From the NCBI RefSeq assembly GCF_006345805.1, contig NC_043007.1:65596001-65660000 (forward strand): a stretch of 64,000 bases of DNA. The letters run 5' to 3'. The stretch is from Octopus sinensis (taxonomy: Eukaryota). The translations under genes and the position numbers were made by a program. Under the pieces are notes generated by a model that was given only the letters and a program-made list of their open reading frames with translations, was not told the origin of the DNA and did not search any database. Positions 16,361 through 32,891 of this stretch are shown here, piece after piece (the first letter of the stretch is position 1; every line of letters begins with the position of its first letter).

Positions 16361-16915
16361 GAGTGAGAGAGCAGTGCATGCCATCAAAGTGACACTGGGG
16401 TCAAATATACGAAGCCTATTTTCACCATCATGACTACCCGTCTCATAAGGGTACACCAGGCACATGCATCACAACTACATGTGCGCGTCATAGTGATTTC
16501 ATATCAAGATAACCAGCGCATGACCTTGCAGATGGGAGCCATTTAGAATTTTATTCAGGTCGAGTAGCCCATTTCAATCAAAAGGTCCCTGAAAATGGGT
16601 TGTTTAAGGATGTTGAATGAAACACCCATGTTTCTAATGGTGAATTATCCAAACCCCAAAGAATTCACCTCAACTCACGGCTGTGATGCTCCTCCACTAC
16701 TTCTGCTCGTGATCAGAGATGCACATATCGTCAGCCACTAAGGGACATGCTCAACTGGTTAAGGTCAAACAAGTGACAAGCAAATCTGTGGTATTGAGCA
16801 GAATATTTGCTGTAGCCCATCTTTTATACCAAGACAAAACAATGTACATGATAACACTTCCAATCAGTTAAGATCAGAAGTCATAAGATTCACTGCCTGG
16901 TACTGCATCAGAGCA
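16360..16915 (-). mobile_element. ~556-bp non-coding (TAA)n-targeted element
   Basis: Full-length homolog of 36248-36803 in reverse, flanked by (TTA)n. Confidence 0.85.
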
Positions 16916-16924
16916 TTTATTATT

Positions 16925-17935
16925 ATTATAAACTGAGGTTGTGTTTAAACTCCTCAAGTGTTGCATGATTAGCAGGCTTGCTACCTGCAGCATACGGTAC
17001 CATACTAATTGTCCTCTTCAACTTACTAATATTTTCCCGATGATTTTGGCTGTGCATGGAGGAAAACTTTTTGCAACAGCTCTGCTGGGCATTCTAAACC
17101 CATTTATTTTATATTCTTCTTATTTCCTTCTGATATTTTCCCCAAAGGTTTAACAATAATGGGCACTATCTTCACATTTGTCTACAGTCGAAGCATCTCG
17201 TATTTAAGAGAATTAGATATGTCCATTTTTTCGCCTTGTTTCTTAACTATTCGTGGGTCAAAGGGGCACGCAGCATCAATTATAGAGCACATGTGTTACA
17301 CCTTGTCCCACACCACTAGGTTCGGCTTGTGCTCAAGCACTGGCCCCTTTCGAGTGGAAAATTCCACAGGATTTTACAGGTGTCTGACTCAGTCACGCTC
17401 TATGGTTTGTGTTCGTACCATGTCTCGCCTCTCTCTAACCTCCACTTTTCACACTGCACTTTCGTTTTCCCATCACGTCGCCATAACTTATATTGGTTTG
17501 GGGTAAGTCAAAGGTATTCACGTACGATATAGCCAATGGTTTTGTCAAATCTATTCCAAATTCGGTACAGTGGAAACACTTGCTCATTCCTAAGGATGAC
17601 CCTTCAATGTGTGGCCAGAGCTTGATCTTGCATTACAAGTATACTGTGCTCCCAGTCTCCGTATTAACAATTAATTTCTTTAACCAGTCCCACTTAAGTT
17701 CTCCAGCAACTTCAAGTGTGGCTATGTGGAATTGATTGTTAGGTCCATTATTGAGTAGCGTTTCTTCTTGTCCTTTTTGCAAGTCATGTTTTTTTTTTAC
17801 TTTTCTTTTTTCCCGCTTTCAATATGTCCTCATTTCTAACTGTCACTAACAAGGTTTCATCACTTTGCGTTATACAGCAAGTTCCCACATTCCATATGCA
17901 CGCAGTCTTCTTCACTTATCAGTCCCTTTCCTCCA
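16925..17935 (-). mobile_element. Decayed R4/Dong-like LINE 3' portion (distinct family)
   Basis: Manual minus-strand translation gives WDWLKK, ETWYEHKP, KILWNFP, KPNLVVWDK, IIDAACPFD, KIVPIIV; the 3' end runs into TAA. Confidence 0.8.
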
Positions 17936-18014
17936 TTTGCTCCCTTCATATATATATATATAAGATCAACGTCTGCACGTGGATGAATCATTGTTATTAT
18001 TATTATTATCATCA

Positions 18015-18056
<42 letters not shown>

Positions 18057-18061
18057 TATTA

Positions 18062-18104
<43 letters not shown>

Positions 18105-18778
18105 TATGGCTTCCTTTCATTATAACTTTATCTCAACTGCCTCAGTACTGGGTACCCTCCGGAGGTCAAGAGTAGCAAGGACACTTTCGTTTTGCTATGC
18201 ATGCTAAAAATTATCACCACATTTATTCCATTTTAGATGGAGAGTGCTTTCCGTAGTATATGGGCTGTATGCATCAAGGTTATCTTTTGTAGTTCACGAA
18301 GATTGGAGCTACCAGGGAATTGCTTAATATACTTCTCTGCTCCCTTTTCTACCATTCCCAAAGCACCAATTACTACTTGTATTACCGTAGTACTAAGCTT
18401 CCACATTTTTGTGATTTCAATTTGCAGATCTTTATAGTAAGGAAGCTTTTCCTATTCCTTTCTCGAGACATTTTGATCTTGTGGGACAGACATAACTTTT
18501 AACAGAGAAGTTTCTCTGTTGTGGTCCTTGATCACAATGTCGGGTCGATTGGAGTCAATTTTTCTGTCTGTTTGTATTGGAAAGTTCCAAAGGATGGTGA
18601 CACCCTTGCCATGCACTAATTCCTCTGGATGGTGCATGTACCACTTATTATGGGATTTAATTTTGTAGTATTTACAAGCATTCCTATAGATGTACTGCCC
18701 TAGTCTGACATGTTTTACGAGGTACTCTTTTTCAGCGAGAACTGGGCAGCCAGAAACAACATAATCAATTGTCTCCAA
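18105..18778 (-). mobile_element. R4/Dong-like LINE 3' fragment (CCHC end + RLE)
   Basis: ORF 18452..18892-: ETIDYVVSGCPVLA...TILWNFPIQTDRKIDSNRPDIVIKD; 3' end at (TAA)n, 5' end at (TTC)n. Confidence 0.9.
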
Positions 18779-19049
18779 GAAGAAGAAGAAGAAGAAGAAG
18801 AAGAAGAAGAAGAAGAAGAAGAAGAAGAAGAAGAAGAAGAAGAAGAAGAAGAAGAAGAAGAAGAAGAAGAAGAAGAAGAAGAAGAAGAGCACGACTGTTA
18901 TTGGTAATAAATAGAAATTGACACTGTTTATTAAAATGAAAATGAAAATGAATCTCTATTTATTACTAATAACAGTCGCGCTCATCTTGTTTCTTTACCG
19001 CTGTGAAGAGTAACTTCAGTCTTTATTATTATTGTCATTATTATTATTC

Positions 19050-19375
19050 ATATACACACAACAGATTATTCTGTTGGAAAAGAAATATTCCTAACATCGG
19101 GCTGCAACACGTAACCTTAGATGCCAAGAACCGTCCTAAGTATCTTAGCTGTCTCTAATAACACTGTTTTCTGGAACTGTAGTAAACTGTGTTTTATACC
19201 TATTTCCTCTATCCGTCTGTTGAAATCTTTAGTGATAGTTCCTAATGCACCTATAACTACCGGGATACATTTTACCCGCACTTTTCATAGTCCCTGTAAT
19301 TCAATGGCTAGGTCTTGGTACATTGCTATTTTTTCTATACCTCTCATATTGATTTTTTCATCATTGGGACTGTAT
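19050..19375 (-). mobile_element. R4/Dong-like LINE C-terminal fragment
   Basis: Minus-strand translation PVVIGALGTITKDFNRRIEEIG...QKTVLLETAKILRTVLGI. Confidence 0.8.
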
Positions 19376-19376
19376 T

Positions 19377-19943
19377 AAGTGAGACAGCAGCACGCACCAT
19401 CAAAGAGACGCTGGGATAGAAATATACGAAGCGCAATATACACAACATGACTACCCGACTGATAAGGGTACCTCATGCACATGCAACACAACCATATGTG
19501 CGAGACATAGTGACTTCATATCAAAATAAATATCGCATGACCTTGCAGGTGAAGCCCAGTTTGAAATTTTTTTAGGTCGAAGTGCTCATCCTGCTCTAAA
19601 CGTTTATGCACAAGAGTTTTTCAAGGATGATGAAAGAAACACCCATATTTCCGAGGGTGAATTATTCAAACCCCAAAGAATTCCTCTCAACACATGTTTA
19701 CAATTCCCCATCCCCACTCCACACACTACTTTTGCTCGTGATTAAAGATGCTCATATCGTCAGCTACTAAGGGACATGCTCAACTGGTTATGGTCAAGCA
19801 ACTAACAAGCAAATCTCTGGTACTGAGCAGAATATTTGCTGTAACACATCTTTTACATCAAGACAAAACATGTACATGCTAATACTTCCAATCAGTTAAG
19901 ATCAGAAGTTATGCGATCTACTGCCTGATATTGCATCAGAGCA
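19377..19943 (-). mobile_element. ~556-bp element, older diverged copy
   Basis: Colinear with the other copies over its full length. Confidence 0.8.
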
Positions 19944-19989
19944 TTTTATCATCATCCTTATCATCATCACTATCATTATTATTCTAATC

Positions 19990-21405
<1,416 letters not shown>

Positions 21406-21431
21406 TACTATTGTTGTTGTTGTTGCTGTTA

Positions 21432-21464
<33 letters not shown>

Positions 21465-21520
21465 TGGTGGTGGTGGTATCATCATCAACATCATCATCAT
21501 CATCATCATTATTATTATTA

Positions 21521-21577
<57 letters not shown>

Positions 21578-22036
21578 GTAGTAGTAGTAGTAGTAGCAGC
21601 AGCAGCAGCCGTAGAAATTACATGAAGTAATGCTGGAGGACGCCTGCAGAATGAATGGGGGGAGGCCGGAGAGGGAGTAGAATGAATGGGGGTGGATATA
21701 GGTGGAGAGAAGACAGAGAATGAGAAGCAGGGTGAATGGAAGAACGGACGGGTGCGAGTGGATTGGGTCTAGGCTGAGGTGATGATTGGTGGAGTTTGTG
21801 AACACGAGCATTGGTGCATCTGCGTATGACTATCTGTGTGTGTATGTACATATGTGTGATCGTATGTATGATATGGGAGTGTATACATAAGTTTGGTTAT
21901 GTGTATGTGAGACATTTGTGTGTGTGAATGTGTGTATATCAGTGTGATATGTATGTATCTATGTACGTGTATAGTTGTGTGTAAGATTGTCTGTGCTGTG
22001 TTCGTATGCATAGGTGTATGCATCTATGTGTGCATG

Positions 22037-22102
<66 letters not shown>

Positions 22103-22354
22103 ATACATGTAAGAGAAAGTGACTGTGTATATATTAGTGAGCATATGTGAGAGTGTGTGCAACTGTATGGATCTGATTAGGAGAGAAGGGACGATTGCAT
22201 GCAATTATATGTGTATATGTGCATGTTTCTATGTGCATGCATGTATTTGTTTGGATATGTGTATGTATGTGTGGAAAACAGAGATAGAAAGTGAGAAGAG
22301 AAAGGGAAACTTCTTTGTTTCGTTTTAATGATATATACAGACACACACACATAT

Positions 22355-22386
<32 letters not shown>

Positions 22387-23117
22387 CACACACACACACA
22401 TATATATATATACATGCATATATATGTGTGTGTGTGTACGTATATATATATATGCATTTATATATACACACTCTTATGCATATATATATACATACATACA
22501 CACACACACACACACATACATACATACATATATACATACATATATATATATACACGTGTGGATGTGTGTGCGTGTTTGTGTGTGTGTGTATGTGTGCGTA
22601 TTTCAAGAGAAAATAGCGAAGAAGCCATTTTAGCATTTCGCACTTAAGAAATACCATTCACGGTTGACTGAGCAAGTGATAGCTGCACTCATTTCTCATC
22701 TGAACGTTTCTTTCCCCCACCTCTCTCACTTTCTCTCTCTCTCTCTCTCTTTACCTCTCGATTCCTTATCACCCACACAATCCAAACCATCACCACCACC
22801 ACCACGACCTCCACCACTGATATTAACTAAACAACAATCACCGTCATTCTCACCGTCCCAGCACCATCAACATCTTCCAACCCTTCCCCCCCTCTCCATC
22901 ACCACCATCATCTTATCACATCACCAATACCACCACCACCGCCACCGCCACAACTACCACCACCTCCACTACCGCCACACGTGCGCCCCGAGGAACTGGA
23001 GATTCCTACTTGCCGCCAAAAGTTTCCCATTGTAAAAGACATGTCTTTAATGATTGATAGGACAGAAATTTTTAACTTGTATCAGCATCAGCTGCAATTG
23101 CAACTACAACTTCTGTC

Positions 23118-23148
<31 letters not shown>

Positions 23149-23591
23149 TTATTGCTGTTGTTGTGGGTTGTCATTGGGATGCGGTGAGTTGAAGAGAAAA
23201 AGAGAAACAGAAAGAAGAGAAAGAGAATAAGAGAGTAGGAGAGAAGGCGGAAAAGGAGGGAGGAAGTGGTGGGCAGGATGAAAACTCGATGGGGCAGTAC
23301 AGAGGGTGGTGAAGGTGTATTTGCCGTATGTAAAGAGACTGTGAAGTAAGACAAATAAATAAATAAATAAATAAAATAAATAAATAAAAATAAATAAAAA
23401 TGAATAAATAAAAAAAAATATATATAATATTACGACTGATAATAATAGTTATAAAACAAAACCAAATAAACGGACAGAAATTAAAAAGAAAACGAAAGAA
23501 ATATTACAAGAGTTGACACACCAAAACACTTGAAAACACACATGTAAAACTCAGACTATGTATGCGTATAAGAGTATGTAATATATGTCTC

Positions 23592-23699
<108 letters not shown>

Positions 23700-23923
23700 T
23701 ATACAGACATACATGCATACACACACGCGCATATAGAAGACAGGACGTAAGCCTCCTCCCACGTAAGTCTCCATCTCCTCCACTCTCATCCTTCTGCTCT
23801 GGCCTCAGGCAGATTTAAAGCTCAGAGAAAATATAATGACATTATCCGTTTCCTCAACCCGCCGCTACTTTTCTTGCCTTCCTTGTTCCCTTCCATTTCA
23901 CACACACACACACAAGCACACTG

Positions 23924-23963
<40 letters not shown>

Positions 23964-24216
23964 TTTACCATTGCTACTATTCCTTTTCTCTTTCCCTAAC
24001 GTTTTCTGTTTCTGTTTCTGTTTCCTTTTCCCCATCTCTTTCTCTCTATCATTTTTCATCTTATTCACATTCCATTCTCTAACTAAACGTATTTGCTCTA
24101 TTTTTACCGATTTACCGATTCGAAACTTCGTTGGGGTAAAACGAGACACACACACACATACACAAAAAAAAGTTAAATATAAAAAGCACATTTGTTAAAA
24201 ACAAAACACAAAAAAA

Positions 24217-24275
<59 letters not shown>

Positions 24276-24434
24276 ATAAGTAAAGTAGACAGCGAGAGAA
24301 AGGAAGGAGGAAGACAATATAAATTGTGAACATTTATATAAAAATAAAAATAAAAGAGAAAAGATAGGGAAAAACTAACGAAAAAGAAAAGAGATTGCGG
24401 AAACAGATCGAACAAAAAATTAAAATAATCACAA

Positions 24435-24895
24435 TCACTCACTCACACACTCACTTACTCACTCACTCACTCACTCACTCACTCACTCACTCACTCACTC
24501 ACTCACTCACTTCACTCACTCACTCACTCACACTCACTCCTTCACTCACTCACTCACTCACTCACTCACTCACTCACTCACTCACTCACTCACTCACTCC
24601 TTCACTCACTCTCTCACTCACTTACTCACTCACTCACTCACTTACTCACTCACTCACTCACTCACTCACTCACTCACTCACTCACTCACTCACTCTCACT
24701 CACTCACTCACTCACTCACTCACTCACTTACTCACTCACTCACTCACTCACTCTTTCACTCACTCACTCACTCACTCACTCACTCACTCACTCACTTACT
24801 CACTCACTCACTCACTCACTCACCCACCCACTCACTCAACTCACTCACTCATTCACTCACTCACTCACCCACTCACTAACTAACTCACTCACTCT
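24435..24895. repeat. (ACTC)n microsatellite
   Basis: Direct reading. Confidence 0.95.
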
Positions 24896-25029
24896 CCTCA
24901 CACGCACAAGCATATGCAAACACACATGATGTATGCACATGTATGCGTGTGTGTATATATATATATATATATAGTATATATATATATACGTATATATATA
25001 TATATATATATACGTATATATAATATATA

Positions 25030-25071
<42 letters not shown>

Positions 25072-25104
25072 GTATATCTATATATATACGTATATATATA
25101 TACG

Positions 25105-25157
<53 letters not shown>

Positions 25158-25833
25158 ATATGGTATATATGTGTGTGTATATACGTGTATATGTATATAT
25201 AAATATCCACACTTATACGTACATTTTATACATACATACGTGCACACAAAAACACACTAGTATACATACATGCGTATGTGTGTGCATGCATGCATGCATC
25301 ATACGGACATATTATTACACACGTTCATACAATATTTGAATAAACGAAAAACAGAAAAAAAAATTATAGAAATCCAATGATTACATAAATAAATAAATAA
25401 TAAATAAATAAATAAATAAACTAAATAAAATAAATAAAGACAGACAGACAGACAGATAGAAACGATGAAATGAGTGAATGAAAATGCTAATCAGTATCAT
25501 AAACAATTATATATATTTAGTAGTGCAAAGGTGTCTCAGCTATAATTTATTGTTGCAGCGAATGTTACAAGATGGCGACGGTAATTCTACTTTAAAACGG
25601 TTTGGGGGTGGTGGTGGATCAGAAGAGAACCAATCAAGATGGCGACCAAGCACACATATTCAGTCATACACACACACGCACACATTCATGTACATAGTGT
25701 ATGTATGTATGTATGCATCCATGTATGTACATATATATATATACATACTTGCATACATATATACATACATACATACATGCATACATACATACATGCATCC
25801 ATATTTGTATATGAATATACTCATATGAAGATA

Positions 25834-25913
<80 letters not shown>

Positions 25914-26153
25914 CGTATGCATGCATGTATATATATATGTATATATGTATGTATGTATGTACGTATGCATGCGTGTATATATATATATGCATGTATATAT
26001 ATATATGCATACATTCATACACGCATACATACTTGCATACATGCATGCTTACATACATACATATACACATACAACCTGTATATACATCCCTATCCGTATA
26101 TGAACATACTCATATGAAGTATGCATATATATATGCATACATACATACATACA

Positions 26154-26186
<33 letters not shown>

Positions 26187-26187
26187 G

Positions 26188-26218
<31 letters not shown>

Positions 26219-27204
26219 ATGCATATATAATTAAGATTCGGTTGAATTAGGTACTTAAGCTGAGGTACCAAACCAAAACTATCCAGTATTGTCGGCACAG
26301 CTCGAAGTTAAGTGAATAAAAAGCAAATAAGTAACAAGGATGTCCAAGTATCATCGCATTACGGCCGTTTCAAGCGGCTCCATTCAATCACTCAATGCAA
26401 ACATTATATCAATTTGAAAGAAACCGCTCTCCTCGGAAGCGTACGACGGTATAGATTTCCAACATTTAGGATATTCCACTATAATTTTTTAGCGAATTTT
26501 TCATGAGCACTCGAGACTAAAATACATTACTTCATTTTGCTGTTATTATAGCAGAATGAATTTAGGAAAAAAATACCTAAAGCCTACTATATTTTAGAGT
26601 GGCAAAAGGAAATAATAGGGAACAATAAAGAGGAATGGTGATATAGCTCAATCATCTTTATCCTTATCACATTTAAAAGACCTAATGCAGCATGTAGTCT
26701 ACGACCCCTTAGAGCTAAAACCATTGGGAATTTAAGACAGTTAAGTTCTTGTTGTAGTTGATAAATTCATTAATGTCAGAAACTCTTCTCTACCCCTATT
26801 TCACATTGACCCTAAAATCGGCTGTACCTACATAAAAGAAAAGGCTAGCAGGGGATGTACGACTTGCTGCATTAGTTCTTTTGAATGTGACAATGCGGAC
26901 ACACGCACGCACGCACACTTATACAGGCATGCAACAAGTGTGCACAAAAATTTTTACGTTTATTAAATGCATTAAAATGTATTTTATTGACAACGATGTC
27001 TGTTATATAAGGAAATAACTTATAGACAGATTACATCATCAAATCACCAGAAATTGCGCAACAAACGGAAAACATTAGGCGACAGATAGCGTGATGATGT
27101 TAATAAACACATTTCCATACTCGTTTTCTATTTGTAGTCTGTGTTCAAAATATCAGAAGGAATTACGGAAAAAAAACTCATTTGTTACTTATCTATAAAC
27201 TATT

Positions 27205-27905
27205 TATTATAGGAGATTGGGCTGAAAAGTTGTGAAAGAGTAATGACAGAGCTGTGAAATCTTGCATGCATTAATTTCAACTTTTCTTATTAATAACTGC
27301 ATTGTTTCTTTCCACATAAACTGGCATCTGGCTCTTCAAAGAAGACTTTAAAAAAAGATGTAGCAACTTCTCTTGAAAATCGACAAAATTTGGCATCGTA
27401 GTGTTATCAAGTACCTGCAGAAAAAGGGTTTAGACCCCAACAACATTCATCCTGACATAGTTGCTATATTGGTGGGTGATGCTTCAGCTTTTTCAACAGT
27501 GCAAGAGTGGGCAGTTAAATTTAAGGAGGGAATAAAGAATTTGGAAGTTACCTAACCTCTGGACGTCGTGCAACTATCACCACCAAGGAAAACATTACTG
27601 TGATGGATGACAGGTGATTGACTATAAATTACGCAAGAAATACTATTAACATATCCTGTGAAAGAATTAAGAATATTCTGCACAATAAACTTGGCATGAT
27701 GACGGTTTCTGCTCGGTGGGTTCCACGTCTTCTGACACCTGATCAAAAGAGCACCAGGCTGATCATATCACGGGAAAATCAGATATTATTCGAGGTAGAT
27801 CCAGCTGATTTCCTTGAATGTCTCCAAAGCCGGGATTAGTGTTGGTTTCATGACTTTGAGCCAAAGACAAAAGTGACAATCCATGCAGTGGAAATATCCC
27901 TTCTC
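27205..27905 (+). mobile_element. Mariner-family DNA transposon remnant (5' half of transposase, frameshifted)
   Basis: HTH-like HRSVIKYLQKKGL...STVQEWAVKFK and the mariner WVPRLL motif in VSARWVPRLLTPDQK; TIR-like gggctgaaaagtt upstream; ends next to a SINE. Confidence 0.9.
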
Positions 27906-27934
27906 AAAGAAACCTATATATAGATTTATCTTTA

Positions 27935-28345
27935 TCTTTTATCTTTTACTTGTTTCAGTCATTTGACTGCGGCCATGCTGGAGCACCGCCTTTAGTCGAG
28001 CAAATCGACCCCGGGACTTATTCTTTGTAAGCCCAGTACTTATTCTATCGGTCTCTTTTGCCGAACCGCTAAGTGACGGGGACGTAAACACACCAGCATC
28101 GGTTGTCAAGCAATGATAGGGGGACAAACACACAAACACACACACATACACACACACATATATATATATATACATATATACGACAGGCTTCTTTCAGTTT
28201 CCGTCTACCAAATCCACTCACATGGCATTGGTCGGCCCGGGGCTATAGCAGAAGACACTTGCCCAAGATGCCACACAGTGGGACTGAACCCGGAGCCATG
28301 TGGTTGGTTAGCAAGCTACTTACCACACAGCCACTCCTGCGCCTA
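27935..28345 (-). mobile_element. SINE family 1 (OK-like), full length with internal (AT)/(GT) tract
   Basis: tRNA-like head ggcgcaggagtggctgtgtggtaag...gggttcagtccca, body gggcaagtgtcttct...ggaaactgaaagaag, microsatellite, conserved tail. Confidence 0.9.
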
Positions 28346-29097
28346 TAGGTTTGTTAAAAAAAACTGGATAAACATAACTAAATACATGAATATATATATT
28401 TTTCAATTTTAATCGCGAAAGTAACTCAAGATCCATGACTTTCTATGCTATTGAATAACTATTTCTCTTGCTTGTATTACCAAACATGTGTGCCCCCACG
28501 TACGAAAATACACTCGTGCACACAGATTCCATCCCACCCCCACACGCAGACACATATATACATGTATATAGGTGTATTGTGTTTTAATAGGACATGTACT
28601 AAGAGGCCAGCAAACTGAAATTTCATTGTACTTTCGGTTTCTGATAGGAAATTCGATTGAAAATCACAGCCTTCAACTTCACTCCGTTAAAATTGCAGAG
28701 ACAGTCGCTTTTCCTTCTCTCTCTCTTTCTCTCCCACTCGCTGTCTGTCTCCGCTTCTCCATCCCGGATGGTCGAGTACATATCAACCTCTTGTATCTTG
28801 TCTTTGACTGATTTTCAACAAAACACTTAAAAGTACTCAACACTGGAATACATTCAGCTTTCGGTGACTACAGTTAGGAAATTATAACTTGCCGCTGTAA
28901 GTAGCCGCATCACTGAGGAACTAGAGTGGTCGAATTCAATTCTTTCAGTCGTAAATTTCAGCCAACTTTAGAGAGGAACCATAATCTATTTATCTAGGAA
29001 GGAAATTATCTGTGATCAGCTGAACGCAATGACGACTGGAGATAAGCACTCATACCAATGAATAATTGCGATTTGGGAAAATGAATAGCTTTGATAC

Positions 29098-29179
<82 letters not shown>

Positions 29180-31300
29180 GAGGTTGAGAAGACGAGTGTT
29201 TGAGTGTGAAAATTTTCGAGGATATTTTTATATTTAGTCCAACCTAATTTGATGGTCCAGAAATGCTCTGAGAAATTTTTTATCACCTCAAGATTTTCTG
29301 TGATTTTGTTTCGTAGCCTAGGTAATGAGTAACATCCACAAATATAGTAGAACACATCAGGGCTATTTTTTTTTTTTACTTACCTCTTTACTGATTGTAT
29401 TTCTGAAAAACAAAATATATATTCAAGCCAGTTGTCACTTGGGAAAAGTATTCTCAAAATGTTCAACGATTATAGAGTAAGCAAATGCAGATTTGTGATG
29501 GCAAAGTTCATAAAGAGCATACATACAATAAAATCATTTCTACAGTTCTTTGACCATGCTTGATAAAATGTAACCTTGACACATGTAACTTCACAATTAA
29601 AACATTAAGGGCGCATTCAAAATTTCCTTAAGAAATAGTTAGAGGTTCAACAAAACGTGTCCCACCTGGTTTGCAACGATTGCCACACTAAACCAAGCAC
29701 AGCGTAGGAATATCTGCTGGCAAATACAATTCCAGAAATGTGGGAAATATATGAAGTCAAGGACCACAGAAATGTGTTGTTTATTAACATCAATTGTATA
29801 AAGGACGTTTCTGTCATCATACTAACATTTAAAATTAGTTAATTGAAAATAGTGAAAATTTCTCAAGATTTTTGCTTTTTATTTACTGAAAATACTTGAA
29901 CCATGTCTTTTGTTTTCACTTTTAATAACTATATTTTCAATGTAATGTCTAGTTTCATGCACGGTTCTGCATTTGATGACGTCAAATCTATTCTTAGAAA
30001 TGGTAACAATCCTGGAAATATCGGAAAATGGATATTTGAGTTTCTGAAAATATTGACGCGATAAAGCAAAATGGATTTCATTTTAGATATCAACTCGCTT
30101 AAGTTACTAGAAAACATGCCTCTAACACCAGACAACAAAAGTCATGTTCCCTAAGGTAATCAACATGAAAAGTAATTGTTTTAATTTTTTCCTACATTTT
30201 GAATATTCTTTTTCTAAAAGTTATAAGGTAAATATTTTTCTTTTGAAAATCAGAATTAATTACCAAGAAATTTAGTAAAACTTATAATTATTGTATTTGC
30301 GTCCTATTTCAGGATATTATTCATGGCAGCAAAAGCTTACTTCCAAAGTTACCCGTTATATGACGGGTAATTTTGTGTAATAATGTAAAAATGCATAAAA
30401 CTTATATAGATGATAAATAATATAAAATTATAGCAAGATATAAAACTGTCATATAAAAATAATAACTTCGTCAAATAGTGTAATGATGCCTAAAAATGCA
30501 TGATGCATAACAATCCATAAAACTTATATAAAATATAGATTATATAAAATTATAGTAAAAATTATTGCAAGATATAAAATTATTTGTATACACCGACTTT
30601 CCACATATGTAGAAGATATAATATGTACGTATATAATTATAATCACACAAACGCATATATGCATGTGTGTACATACATATATACATGCATACATCCATCC
30701 ATCTGTCCATTCATCCATCCATACATACATACAAAGATACATATACATGCATGTGCATATAAATCTATATAAAAAAATTGATAATGAAAATAATGAAAAT
30801 TAATAATTCTAAGGAATTTATAAATCTTTCATTAAGTGTTATTAAAGAACTTGTTGGTATATGTATAGCCACCCAAAATTTCCCTTTTAGCATTTAAACA
30901 AGTGCTCTTCAGAATAAGCTACCTTTCTGAATTTCAGAACTTCATTTTATGCTACCGTTTGTGTTAGGTTTACATTTTATTAGGCGGTTTCATTTGGTGG
31001 AATGGTTGATGGTATTTTTTGAAAATCCCAAGCGTAGTTAGAGTGCTTTGTGGAAGTGCAGCTTGACGAGCGAGGTAACGAACGAAGTCATGGCCATTGA
31101 TTATCGATCGGCAACTGGAAAACTTCATACCTGTAGCTTATCAAAAGACTCGTAGCACTGTCAGCCTTCACTGTTTGTTACACAACACACACACACATTC
31201 ACACACACACACACATACACACATACACACACATATATACATATATGTGTGTATGTGGGTCTATATCTATCTACCGATATATATACATATAATATATACG

Positions 31301-31380
<80 letters not shown>

Positions 31381-31385
<5 letters not shown>

Positions 31386-31570
31386 GGTCCCGGGTTGATT
31401 CGGGCTTAACCACAGTAAATAAGGTACTCAATACATAGCAGAGTAAAATTAATTTATTATATAGAAGGAGCTCTCTCTACAGGACTAGAACTGTTTCATT
31501 CAAGAGAAATCTTCCTGAAGATTTCTCTTGAATGAAACAGTTCTAGTCCTGTAGAAGCTCCTTCTATATA

Positions 31571-31608
<38 letters not shown>

Positions 31609-31693
31609 GTGTATGTATATATATATACATATACATACATACATACATACAACATACATACATACATACATACATACGTACTACATACATACA

Positions 31694-31725
<32 letters not shown>

Positions 31726-32847
31726 CATACATATATATATTATATATATATTATATATATATATATATATATAATATATATTATATAATATATGTAGGTA
31801 GGTCCCGGGTTGATTCGGGGTTAACCACAGTAATAAGGTACTCAATACATAGCAGAGTAAAATTAATTTATTATATAGAAGGAGCTTCTACAGACTAGAA
31901 CTGTTTCATTCAAGAGAATCTTCAGGAAGCTAGTTAACAAGAATTGTATTGGCATTTATACATTTAGGCGGTTTAAAGGGGTGTTGGTGGGGGACTTTTT
32001 GGGGGTAGGCATAGCGCAAAAAATCATACTTGGGGGAGTGGTCAAGGGGTCAGTGTTAAATTAGATAGGAGAATAAATAAAAAATAAAAAATAAAAAATA
32101 AAAAATAAAAAATAAAAATAAAAATAAAAATAAAAAATAAAAAAAATAAATAAAAAATAAAAAAATAAAAATAAAAATAAAAATAAAAAATAAAAAATAA
32201 AAATATATATTATATATATATATATATATGTATAAAGGGGGGAATAGAGTTTTAGGTAAATAAGGAGATTCTCACTTATACCTCTACACATACACACATA
32301 TATACACTCACACATACATATACATATCTACACATACACATATATATGTATACATACACACACTCACTTGCATACACGTATACACACATGTATATATACA
32401 CACACGACCACACATACATATACACACACAGAAAAATATATATATATCACACATACACACACATACACGCATACACACACAAATCCATACACACACATGC
32501 ACACACAGCACACTAGTGGGTGTATATATATGTGTGTATGTTATATATGTGTATATAGGGACTAGTGTGCTGTGTGTGCATGTGTGTGTATGGATTTGTG
32601 TGTGTATGCGTGTATGTGAGTATGTGTGTGTATGTGTGTATATATATATATTTTTCTGTGTGTATATGTATGTGTGGTCGTGTGTGTATTATACATGTGT
32701 GTATACGTGTATGGAAGTGAGTGTGTGTATGTATACATATATATGTGTATGTGAGATATGTATGTATGTGTGAGTGTATATATGTGTGTATGTGTAGAGG
32801 TATAAGTGAGAATCTCCTTATTTACCTAAAACTCTATTCCCCCTTTA

Positions 32848-32891
<44 letters not shown>

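Noticed and set aside
28560-29080. Unique-looking block as promoter or UTR exon
   Set aside because: No diagnostic motif or linked coding sequence; it cannot be supported from sequence alone.
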